A program made the position numbers and the translations under genes. A stretch of DNA of 64,000 bases. It comes from Thalia democratica. Lineage: Eukaryota. The notes under the pieces were generated by a model. It saw only the letters and a list, made by a program, of their open reading frames with translations, searched no databases and was not told the DNA's origin. The stretch spans positions 52,886,001-52,950,000 of the forward strand of contig OZ241832.1 of NCBI GenBank assembly GCA_965202585.1. Direction: 5' to 3'. Below, one piece after another: positions 26,186 to 38,167 of this stretch. The number at the start of each line of letters is the position of its first letter. Positions within the stretch are counted from its first letter, which is position 1.

Positions 26186-28624
26186 CTACCTGTACCTGTT
26201 CTGCTTGTACAGATTGTTCCTCTTCGCCTTCAGCTGCAGCCTCCGCACCCGCAGCTCGGTGAAGCTGTCGTTGTCGGAGGAGTCGGAGAAGGCGCTGTAC
26301 TCCTCGTCCTTCACTGCAGCGATCAGCTTGCTCGGGTCGTAGTTCTCGCCGCCCTGCAGGCACTTCACGCAGATCTCGTTCATCTGGTGGTAGCACTGGT
26401 TGCAGTAGACGGCGCCGCAGCTCCTGTTGGCGCACGTCTTGAACTTGCGCACCTCGTCCGCCTTGCCCTTCGCGCCGCATATGTCGCAGCGGAACTTGTA
26501 GTTGCCTTTAATAAAGTCCACCAGCTTCTGCACCCTGCCGGAATTTTTCTTCTTCGGCGGCTCCAGCTTCTTGTTGCGCAAGTAGACGATGTCCGAGTGG
26601 AAGAAGGTCTCCCTTTCCTGCCATATTTTCGCGTGCAGGTACCTCACCCGCGCCCTCTCCTGCTCCGGGTGGAAGTAGGTCATGATGCTCCTCCTCAAGC
26701 GCAGGATGTACGCCTGCAGGAAGCACACCAGGTAGACGAACAAGTACAGGACCGCGCACAGTATGTACACGCTGTAGTCGGGCCCTTGAGGCTGCGGTAT
26801 GCACAAGCTGGGGTTCAGCTCGAACGCCGGATCGATCGCCAGCCTTTTGATCGAGTCCTTGATCTGGTTGAACAACTTGCTCATGATGCCGTTTTGAGAG
26901 TTTAACTCCGTGTTTATGTGGGCGAACACCTGTTTGAATTCTTTAAAGTTTAAAACGAATTTATTTGTGGTAACTGTTAATTTAAAAAAATCTAAGACAT
27001 ATTATGCAAGTTTTAATGCAATTTTTATGTATATTTAATTTAAATTATCAAATAATAATACTTATATATTGTTTTGTCACAAACAACTTTAACTTTGTAT
27101 AAAATAACTTGTACAGCTAAAATTAAAATATATAATATTTTTATAAGTTCAATAATACATTTTTTCTAATACCTGCAAAGCAAATTCTTCAACCGTATCC
27201 ACGCTGTCCACTTGACCATGAGTTGCAATCCTCAACAACGTTACGGCGTCTTGTATTATCAGCTCCTTCCAGTCTTCAAACACGGTTCCTTTCGACGAGC
27301 CGGTGCTGGCAATTTTACTGAAAGCAAACAGTATCTGGTAGAACATATAGTCGAGCAAGAACACAATGATGGAATAAATCAAGTGGACCGTCACCAAAAC
27401 CAATCCGATGCCCGTCAGCCCAATTTCGTGAGAAGACAGCTTTTTGCTCTTTGTTGCCACGTACTTGCCCGACTCTCTTTTGGTGAGAGGCAGCAAGTAG
27501 TTCTGGTGCCTGTGCAGCTTCCTGCAGTCAATTTTTAAAAAGTACGGGGTCAAGTACACGTTGTCAAAGTCGAGGGAGGTCAGGTACTTTCTCCTGTAAT
27601 GGAAGCCCGCGTAGAAAACCCACATGAAAGAAAACACCAACAAGGCATGCGCCCACCTGTACAAGTTGATGGCAAACCCAAAGTCTTCTTTGATTCCTTC
27701 TATTATGTGCTTTGCCAAGTCGTCATGTTGAGTTTCAAAGTTCACGTCAATGGACAGTTCGTGTACAAATTTAATGTCAAAATCAAAATCTTTTTTTATT
27801 TTTTTAAACACAGGTCCGACTGTTTTTATTATTCGGTTGTAAATTTTTTTTATAATCCAGTTTGGAACATAGCAGAATATATCCCAAAACAGTTCTTTAC
27901 ACTTTTTATCAATATTGTCCAAAAATGTGTGCGAACCCTCAATAGCTTCATTTACTTGATTGTAAGTATCAATAACTTTTTGAATATTTTGTTTTAACTC
28001 TTCCGCCAGACTGTGCATTCTTTGAATTGAGCCTTTCATTGATTCCATGACCGCTCGCTGACCGTCGTTCAAAACCTGCCTCATTCCGTTGCTGGCGTTC
28101 AAAGAGAGCTCCTCGGTGCAGGACAGGACCCTGGTCGTTTCATGGTAGTTGCTCACAATGGTTCTCATTGGTCCTCCTGTAAGCACAAGCGCCATGTAGA
28201 TCAGTATCAACGACCTTCCCTCCCGCGTGCAAAGGTACGGCAGGCTGAGCAGGACTCCGCTGAAGAGCGTGTCCGAGAAGCAGATGCTGGCGGCAACAAC
28301 AAAACCAACAGCTCCACTCACGTAAAGAGGGGTCAGGCTCCAGAACTTGTTGTAGCTGACAAAAAAGTACGCCAGGTGCTGCAGAAATATTCCAAAGAAG
28401 AACTTGAAGAACACCGTCTTGTTCCTTCTCTGCCTCAAATACTGCACTTTTTTCCTTGATACTTTAACGTTGTGGTCTGAGCCTTCTTCATATTTTTTCA
28501 AGAAAACAAACTTCTTTTGGTAAGCTAATTCATTGTTGCTTGACTCTGAGCTTGAGCTATACTCGCAGGGTTCTTCATTCACTGAGGTTTTTTTAACTTT
28601 CTTTCTGCACAAATTTTTAAACAT
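26186..28624 (-). CDS. DC-STAMP domain-containing multipass membrane protein with C-terminal C4C4 RING (DCST1/DCST2, SPE-42, Sneaky family), about 731 aa
   Basis: Exon 28624-27173 and exon 26929-26186 are joined by a phase-0 GT-AG intron (CAG|GTATTA ... AAACAG|GTG). Motifs TREGRSLILIY, YRRKYLTSLDFDNVYLTPYFLKID...LLPLTKRE, CIPQPQGPD, RLRRSIMTYFHPEQERARVRYL and CDIC...CANRSCGAVYCNQCYHQMNEICVKC. Residues are a mix of DCST1-like and DCST2-like, so no symbol is given. An upstream phase-0 coding exon cannot be excluded. Confidence 0.9.
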
Positions 28625-30303
28625 TTTTTTGAAACATACCTGTGTAAATTCCTTTTATTAATAACATAAATTATTAGTGATTTATTCTAATTAATAAAAT
28701 CAAAATGACAGCTGACTGTATATACATCATTAGCTTTAAGTTTTTACATACAATAACTTCATAAAAATTAAGCAATAAAATGCATTTTAATTAATTGTAC
28801 TTTGTGAAATACATTTACTTAAAAAGCATCTGAAATTTTTCACACATTTGGCCCATTACGGGTTGCGACTTTTTGAAGTAAAAATGATGGCTTGGGTGAA
28901 CAAAAGCTGGATAAGATTATGACAAAATAAAATTGTTAGACAAAAACTGAACTAAAATGTACATCTGATTTGAATAACTACAAGATTTGATCATACCAAT
29001 TTGATCACATTTTTCATTCTTATCAAAGCTTGTTTAGCCAGTTGAAACCAAAAAAACTCTGTGCTATCGTATTTCTGACTGATGAGTTCTTATAAGGAGA
29101 AAACCGGTCTCCGTCTACCAAAGGCTTGTGGTCTGATGATAAAATTGGTATAATCAAACCTTGAACTTATTTCATGACATTTGAAAGTCCAAGCTTAGGC
29201 TCTGTAGATTTTTTTTGATTAAGCACCCATATTTTCTATGATTAAATACCTACAAAAAACTTGAAGTATTTTTTCAGTTGCATAATAAAAAAGTGGTAAA
29301 CAAATTTTGTTTGGCTGTCAAACTTTGTACTTGTTGAAATAGCTTTAATATTCCAAATTTTCCCAGGACTTCAGGTTTTGTGGCAACACTGATATAGTCA
29401 TTTTGAAAGCTATTAATGAAAATTATTTTGCATGATGGAATAAATATAAAATTAGCAAAATGAAAAGAACTTTTACAGATCTAAGTAAATTTATTAATGT
29501 TCATTTGTCAATAGTGATTGACTGTAAAAAACAAAAAAGCTTTCCAATCTAATTAGACTTAAAACAAAACTGAAGAAATTGGTTTCAAAAGATTTTATTT
29601 CAAAGACATATATGAATCAAACCAACTAAGTAGATCAAAATGTCCTAGATTAAATGGTTTACCAAAAAACATTAAAAAGACTGACTAATTAGACCAATTT
29701 TGTAAAATATGAAGTTGCTCACTACTAAACACTTAATCATGGTTTAAACATAAGTTTATAACAAAATCACAAATTTTTGTATAAAATATTTGTTTGTATA
29801 TAGGGGTGGGAGTAAAGCACTTTTTTGGTCATATTGTAAAAATCACATGAGGAGATATGATTTGGATGTGTTTTTGCTTCATTAAAAAGAATCTAAAAAA
29901 ATCAAAAAATTGTAAAAAAAAAGTCGCTGCCAAAACAATTTCATGACAATTGCATGTTAATATAGATATAAAATACATTTTAAATCACTTTCCGTTATTA
30001 GAAATTATGATTATTGAGAGCACTTGTCTAAGAGTAAAAGATCTAGTAAATGTATCATAGAAACTGCATGTAAATTTATTAAAAGTAGTGTTATTTTATT
30101 GTTTAAATATAAAGAGTTTTTATTTAATTAATTTAAACAATAGTTATTTATCTGTATTAAGTTTTTCTTTTTAGCATTAGGTATGTTATTGCTTTAAGAC
30201 TACTATTAGTTTTAGTTTATTAAGTGTTATAAAATTAAACTAATTAAAACTTAATTTGTTAGTTTGTTTAAATACTGTAATTGTCTTATCTAAAAGCTTT
30301 TTA

Positions 30304-30668
30304 CAGGGTTGCCACTTGTTTTTTCAAAAATTTTCCAGGTTTTCCAAATTTCTTCCAGGTTTTTAAAAGTACACATTTTTGTGTCTATTTATAGTTTAGA
30401 GTTAAGTTAAAGTTAAGATACTGTAAAGCTATTAAAAATATGTTTTTAATAAAAAGAAATTTGATGATGACAAAAATAGTTTAGTTATATGGTAGATTTT
30501 TGAGTCAAATCAAAATTTTACTACTAAACATGTGAAAATTGTTAAAATTCCGGGTTTTTCCAGGTATTTCTAATATCTTTTGTTCAAAATTCCAGGTTTT
30601 TCCAAGTTTATTTCAAGATTCCTCAAATTCCAGGTTTTTCCAGGTTTCCAGGTAAAGTGGCAACCCTG
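30304..30668. mobile_element. CAGGGTTGCCAC-ended non-autonomous TIR element (probably hAT); family fragments also end at ~29388 and 35076
   Basis: TIR CAGGGTTGCCACTT / AAGTGGCAACCCTG with repeated AAATTCCAGGTTTTTCCAGG subterminal motifs. The same right end recurs at ~34930-35076. No clean TSD was found. Confidence 0.75.
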
Positions 30669-30699
30669 TTTGTATCAAATCCTTTTCAGTTTTATAGTT

Positions 30700-31030
30700 G
30701 TTTTTTGAGACAATGCAAAAAACATTAAAAAGCACAAACAAAACAAAAAGCCTTGCTTCTTGTCCAAGATATGGATACAAGGTGGAACTCTACATATCTT
30801 ATGCTTAAGAGACTGAAAAATCTAAAATCAGGTGTCTGGTAGTATGTGGCTATCAATAAGAACAATCAAGATTCAATTATTACTTCTAAAAAAATGGCAA
30901 CTGGTTAATCACATTATTCTACTGCTCGAACCTTTTTATTGTAACAAAAGAGTGTAGTAAAAACAATGCATTGCTCTCAAGATTGATTGATCCCGCATGC
31001 AAGATTGCTGACAAAGTTTGTTGACATTAT
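30700..31030 (+). pseudogene. Degenerate, internally deleted hAT transposase core fragment
   Basis: LRDNAKNIKK is followed closely by LLVQDMDTRWNSTYLMLKRL (30756-30815), homologous to the motifs in the 20.8-23.9 kb element. Confidence 0.75.
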
Positions 31031-31185
31031 TGAAAATTCAGAAGCATTATCAAATGTTTGTAAGACTTTAGTCTAAAATATAGGAGAGGCTTGCAAAAGA
31101 AGGTTCTATAATAGGAAGGGGCAACGTTTTTAATCGGGACTGATCCAAAAAATTTTTGTTTTTGGCAGGCTGGAGCATTTTTAAT

Positions 31186-33271
31186 TAGTGATTTACCATG
31201 TCCAATATCCAGATAATGCCTTTTCAAATCCAAATCCAGTCAGATACTAATTTGAAAACATTAGCAGATCTGATTGGATACTAATACTAACCGGATCTAA
31301 TTTAAATTGAGATCTGGTTCCCGTAGGATTCTAACTTAAATAAAAGTTTTGGATTCGGCTGGAAGTTGATCACTTTTCTGATTCCATCTAATTCACAAAA
31401 ATTTCTCAGACGTGACAACTTAAGATGTAGATTGAGACATGTCAGATGTTTAAGTAATGTGTACAAATAGAATTTATATAGTAATTGACAAAGATTGGTA
31501 TGTAAAATATCAAATTTAAACAAACAATTTGCTTTAGGTATTTGACAAAAATATATTCCAACTAAGTTAGAACAACACAAAACATTACGACAACATGGTT
31601 TTTTATCAGTAGATATTAATTTGAATAGCCATTTTTACACATGATTTTATGTCAAAATCTTACAGTTTGGTTTAGTAAAAATATGATACTAAATTTTATA
31701 AAAGTTTTGTAACATTAAACTTTGCGGGCCTGACACTTCTATTGCAAGCTGGTCATTTTCATCTGTGGGCCAAATTTGATTGTAAATCAAAAAACGGTTG
31801 GGGACTGGTCATTTTAACTCTTCGGGCTGTACATTGCCCACTCCTATTCTATACCAATAAAAACAACTTAAACATGAATGACAACAAATTACTACTAGTC
31901 ACAACAGGTTGATCCACTGTATTGACTTTCCCCTTTCCCTTCTTACCTCAAAAATAATGTTAAAGAGCAGCTAAAATTTAATTTCAAAAAGCATATCTCA
32001 ATCCAGACTGATCAAAAATGTGATTCTCATATATTGTCACCAGAGAAAGCAAAACCACAACCCTCAGTAAATTTTAATCCAAAGAAGTTATCAACTTGAT
32101 ATTCTTTCTTTTAAAAAAAATCAAACACAGCTACACAGTAGAACGAGCAACAGGATTATAATATGAAGAAATTGAGCAGAAATAAAGGGCTTTTTTGCTA
32201 CAGAGAATTTGAATGCAGAAACTGAAGAAAATCAAGTCTTAAACTGATGGAACTTTAACACTACAAAGTACCCATATCTTACCAGCTTTGCAAGGAAATA
32301 TTTATCACTACACTATAATCTTCTGTGTATTCTGAAGATGGTAATTTGTATGAAGAAAAGGTTATTGATTACTTCCAAAGACCAAAAAAAAACTTTATTT
32401 TTCCACCACAACTAAAAAAACAAGAATAGTCTTTTGTAGGATAAAAAAAACATTTTTGCATTTGTAGTTTGTTTTATATTTTCAAACAGTTGCTAAGTTA
32501 GGTTAAGTTATATTTCTTTTTTGTAATGGTAAAAGTGTAATCCTAAGTGAGATTTAAAAACCTTTTATTACAAATGTAATCCCTATTCTATTTTAGGCTT
32601 TTACTATAGTTAGTATTATATTTCTATTTTTCACGGCTCCATGTTATTTTCATTTACATTTTGTTTTAAAAATGCAACTGTTTATGTTCTAAAGTTTATG
32701 GTCACAATAAAAACTAGCTCTTAAGCTAAACATAAAATGTTAACATTGTTGGTGATTTGTTTTCTGCTTTAAGCATTTATTAAGTCGATGATTTATTTAT
32801 TTTGCATAACAAAAATAAAAGTTAATTGTTAATTTTGCTTGCATGGATATCAAAATATTGAAACTAAGTTCTTGTGTATGTAACTTGAATTTTTTAGCAA
32901 CACATTCGTTTTTTTGTTTGCTTTTAAAATAAATAGTTTTAAATAATAATGTATTTATTTGTTATCAGTTAAAAATATTGTTCAAACTTAATTTACTAAA
33001 TGAGTAATAATATAATAAGTATTTATTATTTATAAACTTGTATTGTATTTACATTACAAGCAGCTTAAATCTTTAGAATTCAAATTATCAAAATATTTGA
33101 ATTTGGACTCTGATTAGGCCAAATCCAAATTTTAAAACTCAGATTTGGATTTAGATTCAGTTAAATCCTAATTTGAAAATAAGATTCAGGTTTGGCTGAA
33201 TTCTAATTTGAAAATAAGACTTGGATTTGGATCTGGCCAAATCCAAAATTTTTGGGTTTGGTAGATTACTA
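31186..33271 (+). mobile_element. Old, deleted relative of the 20805-23882 hAT element in the opposite orientation
   Basis: TIR-like ends TAGTGATTTACC (31186) and GGTAGATTACTA (33271), with decayed GGATCCGG-type subterminal repeats. Dimerisation-domain remnant WNFNTTKYPYLTSFARKYLS at ~32245-32310, and the downstream sequence matches the reverse complement of ~21350-21550. No TSD was recovered. Confidence 0.65.
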
Positions 33272-33895
33272 AGTACAACTATATTGAAAAGATACAGTAA
33301 TACTACTTTAAGTATGTTTTTTTTATTTGAAAATATTTTAATAGTACAAAAAAAATTATAATTATGATAGATTTTACACATGTACCCAAAACTTTGTAAT
33401 TTTACTCGTGAATAAGTTTAAAGTTTAACATTTTTTAGTTTTAACATTTTGTTTGAAATTCCAGGTTTTTTTTTGCCTAAATGGTCAAATTCTATGTTTT
33501 TCTAGGATCCCAGTTACTTGGCAGGTACTTTTGCACAGGTTGAAACTTTTTTTATTTATAATCACTGTTACCCCTAACCTTTTCCTTGGTTGTTTTTTTA
33601 AAATTTAATCTTTAAATATTTATTTATTTTTTTACTATCACTGTTACCCCTAACCCTTAGTCAGTAGTGGTTATTACTTATTTTTTAACTTTGTGCAATT
33701 GTTGTGCAAAATTTTGTGCATATTTGAACCATATTTCAAAAAAAGTTTAAAACTTTGCAAAATAAAAATAAGCAACTATAGGTATTTACATCCTATTTTT
33801 TTAATTTTTTCAAACATATATTACTTTTTGAGATATGGCAGGTTAAACATTTTTTTTAAATTTTGATTGTCAGAATTTGGATTGCCCAAATTTAA

Positions 33896-34440
33896 GGCCA
33901 TAGAGGGGTCCAACACTTTTTTTTACAAAAATTAACTTTGGCTTTTATATGAAGCTTCAAGTACAAATTACAAGCCAGTTTTTATAGAATTCAAAAATAT
34001 CATTTAACTTTTGTTAACTTTTTTAAGTTTTATATTTTGTAATAAGTTTCTGAATACAAAGTATTGACCGTAAATTTCGAGGTCAATTTTCTTGGAAATT
34101 TTTAAGTTCACTAAAAATCTATCTCCTCCTTCATTTTTAAGCAATCTTCTCCAAATTTTCTGGAAATGTTAATTATATTATATGAAAAAATGTTACTTAT
34201 GAACTTCAATAACTTAAAATATAAAAATTTTTTGACAATACTTTAAAATAATAGTCTTTTATTTCAAAAAATAAAATGTCTTTTTTGCTGTTTTAGTTTT
34301 CCATTCCCATAAGGAACCTATCATGCGGCCCAACTTTGACTGGTCATATCTCAAAAAATATTTTTTTTTTAATGGTAAAAAGCATTTAGAAGCTTATTAA
34401 AAACTCTATAAAATAAGATCATGACCTACCCCCTATGGCC
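33896..34440. mobile_element. Kolobok-like non-autonomous element (545 bp) with TTAA target duplication
   Basis: TTAA|GGCCATAGAGGGGT ... ACCCCCTATGGCC|TTAA. GG termini with a TTAA TSD fit Kolobok better than piggyBac, which has CC termini. Confidence 0.75.
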
Positions 34441-37400
34441 TTAAATAGCTTTGCAACCATATTAGTTAGGTCAGTGTTACTTTTGCACTCAGCTTGGTTT
34501 AAATGTATTTTTCTTTTTTTAATCATCACTGTTACCTCTAACCCTTGTGCAACTACTAATTGAAATGTGGCTCCAAAAGATAGCCCCAGCATGTACTAAG
34601 CCTGCACTAAACCAATTTATAAAACTTAAAAAGGATATTCTGAGATTTAATTGAAAGTTCTTAGGTACAACTTACAGAAGATTTGAAAATTACGCAAAAT
34701 ACAGTAAAAAAGGTCAAATAAAACCAGTATTTTGCCAAAATTATTTAATAGTTGACCAACTTTAGTGATTAAATTGAAAGGCTCTGGCCTTAATTTTTCA
34801 ACTTTTTGGCTGAAAACATTACCCACCCCTATTTTAAGTTATATATTGTTTTTAATTTCTTGGGAATTTGAGTTTTTTACTTTCCCATACTTGTCAAATT
34901 GAAATTTTACTACTGATAATGTTAAAATTGTTAAAAATTCAAGGTTTTCCAGGTTTTATGATCAAATTTCCAGGTTTTTCCATATTTTTTTCAAAACTTC
35001 TCAAATTCCAGGTTATTTTTGCCTTAATTGTCAAATTTCAGGTTTTTCAAGGTTTCCAGGTAAAGTGGCAACCCTGAATAGGTAACAAAGTTAAATACTT
35101 GGTTAAATAAAAAACAAATACCAAAGGGACAGGTTAAATTAAACATGATGTAACAAATGTGTATTTGCCTAGAAAACAAAATTTGAGACAGATGTTTTTA
35201 ACCATAGAAATTAAAGTTAAACTTTAGGTTTAGTTGTATATTAATATTTATAATTTAATATCAATATTTATACTTAACTTTTTTGTTGGAGATTTTGTTG
35301 ATTAATGCTGAGTAACATACATATAAAGAGAAACCTAAGCAAATTGTAAACAATTTTTATTATTTAGATATTTAAAAGAACCTCCATCAAGTTTTAGATA
35401 AGTACCTAGGATGATGTTGCACCAATATCAAACTGAAAATATATTATTATATTTGTAATTTTTTTAACCATATATTTTGGCTAAAAATATTTAACAAGCT
35501 GAAATTATATGTCGTTTTAAAAATAATTTTAGGCTCAAACTACAATGTTTTTCTTACTAATTGTTATAATATTTTACAATTCATTTTCTGAAGGTCAATC
35601 TAAAATTTTAGCTTTAAAACAATTAGAAAACTTTGTAATTTGACTAAAATAATATATAGTATACAAATACAAACTAAAAAGTTATTATCTTGTTTACTTT
35701 TTAAAAATCAAATAACTATTTATGTAATAATCAGAAAAATATCAAGCATAATCTTTACCAATAGTTAAACTTATATATTTGTATTGGTCTTTGTCTTAAA
35801 CCTTTTTTTTTTGGGCTGATTGCTGTTGGTCTTATAAACTGGGTGAAGGTAGAGCTGTATTTGTATAGGTTGGTTTTATTATTTTTATTTTTTATTTATA
35901 CTTTTTTAATTTGTTTCTTGTACATAAAATTTAATAGTATTGCTTTGTCCTCATTGACAGTGTGATTAAACAAGTAGATGTTTTATTTTTCTTTTTCAAT
36001 TCTATTTTGTAGCTTTTTGTTTACTATATATTATTTGTCAATTTGTTTCAGAAGATAGAGATTTTAAATTTAGAATTAAAAACTTGACATTTTTTAGACA
36101 TTCTGGTTATTTAATTTTATTTGTTAAAAATTAGTTTTAGGTTAACAAACAGTTTATTTAACTCAATAAAATACTTTTATTATTACCTTATTTTTTTCAG
36201 AGTATTTGTTAAGTTTTATTATTATTTTTTTTAAATTTAACTGTTTATTGTTAGAAGTGATTTTATTTTAAGTAGCTTAAACAAATTCTATCAATTATTA
36301 GTGCTAGATTTTATTGTTTAAAACTGAATTGTTTACAAATCTATAAAACAGTTAAACAATCTTTTTTTTTTTTTTTGCTCTATTTTTATTTACTTACAAA
36401 CACATATACTAGAAATTTAAAGACACTATTTTAAAATACATGGTGCTTTATCAGTTTTATGACATTACTAAATATTTTATGTATACTGACATTACTAACT
36501 CTCCCCGTTTATTCAATTTTGAGATATATGTTGCATTTTTTGTGATTGCTCTTGTAGAAAGGGCAACAAGAAAAATGTGAATGTACATGATCATAAAAAT
36601 AGAAATCTAGGGGAGGAGACGGTGTGGAGCCCATGGTAGACTATGGTTTCCATGGTCAATATTGGCAGTAATGGGTTAAAAAAGGGTGCTTACCATTTTT
36701 AAACTTAAAAAAAAAAATTGTATATACAGTTACTTTTTAAGTTTTTGTTTTTTCATTATTGTTTTAAAGTTAGCTCAAAGAATTAGTTACAAGTAAATGG
36801 TGTGCAGCTCGATGACCGAAAGGTCTTTCTCCACACCAATCTATTGACCTTAGTTGTGAGCGTTCACATTTTTTTTCTTTCTTTTCTTTCTTTCATATAC
36901 AGCTTGTTTAAAACATATTACTCACAAAACATTGATTTTTAGCCAAACTTTATGGTTAAAAAACATCAAATATAATATAACTTCAGTTTGATATTGGTTC
37001 AACATCATGCTAGGTAATTACCAAATATTTCTACACATTTTTCTTTATATTATTTTACCTTACAATGTATATTTATTACAATTTTTGGTTAATTCAGAAA
37101 TACCTAGAGTAATTTTATAGCAAATTTGGCTTAAATCTCAAAGTTATTTGCATATACTTATTATGTTTATACTATTTATTATGCATCAACGAATATGTTT
37201 ACAAACTGCTTTTTACAGCAAAAGTTTATTTAAACATAAATGTTTTTCTCGTAAGTTTTGTAAGTTTCGATAACATTAAAGTTATTAAGTACTGTTATTT
37301 GACTTTAAGTACGTGAAATAAGAATAAAATGTTGATAAATGTTGCTAAGTTAAATAATAAAGTTTATTAAGCTTATGAATCAGATTGATTAGTTTTCTTT

Positions 37401-38167
37401 ACTTTTTGGAAAACGATACAACAATTTTTAAACTAATACATACATACTTAGGTGTTAAATATTTGTTTGTTGTTATCAATTGTTAAACTTTAAATTTTAG
37501 TTCTAGTTAATTTGTGCTTTTCGTAAAGAGCAGCATACCATTAACCACACTGCCTATTAGTTCAAGTCTACTATTGATAGAGCTTGAAAATAGTTAAGTC
37601 AAAATTTATCTTTACGGTAACGTAATATAGTTAGTAGGTAATGTTTTGTAAATTCTTATGCTAATTTAGTCCTTAGTTTAATTAGAAAAAACTTATTAAG
37701 CCTTTAACATGTTTATGAGAAGGTAATAAAGAGCATAACTTTTATGTTTTATTTAGGTACAAAATTGCAAATAACAACAACAATACGTTTTTGAAAACAT
37801 AACGACAGGTTAATATTTAATAATTCAAGTTTTAGTTTCTTTTTAACTTTAAATTAAACTGAAAATGATCATACAAAGACTACTGTACAATTACATTAGA
37901 TACAATTTAAAAGTATTAATTGCTATACATTTTTAACTATTCAAAATTATAAATTTAAACGTCTAATAAAGATCCAAGCGAAACTAGTTCACTGGATGTG
38001 TTAACGGGTTAACACACAAAAACAGAGCTCTGTATAAAAAATTAATACTGTAAGGAAAGAATATAAGCTAAAGTAGGTATATATGTGCATGATAATAACA
38101 AATTATACAGTATCCTTTCTTTATTACATTAACACATGTTTCTGTGTGTTAACGGATTAACACACTA

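Noticed and set aside
26169-28459. Long overlapping ORFs on the opposite strand or in other frames of the DCST gene (for example 26387-26905 +, 27599-27997 +)
   Set aside because: These are shadow ORFs from GC-rich codon bias, with no motifs or splice logic of their own.
29801-31846. One large Charlie-like element bounded by TAGGGGTGGG and GCCCACTCCTA
   Set aside because: The ends are compatible but there is no clean 8-bp TSD (TTTGTATA versus TTCTATAC) and the interior is a mosaic, so they could be independent remnants.
36560-36870. Degenerate inverted-repeat element (GAAAAATGTGAATGTAC / GCGTTCACATTTTTTTC) sharing ATGGTGTGCAGCT with ~25415
   Set aside because: It is probably an old repeat, but the boundaries and class could not be supported.
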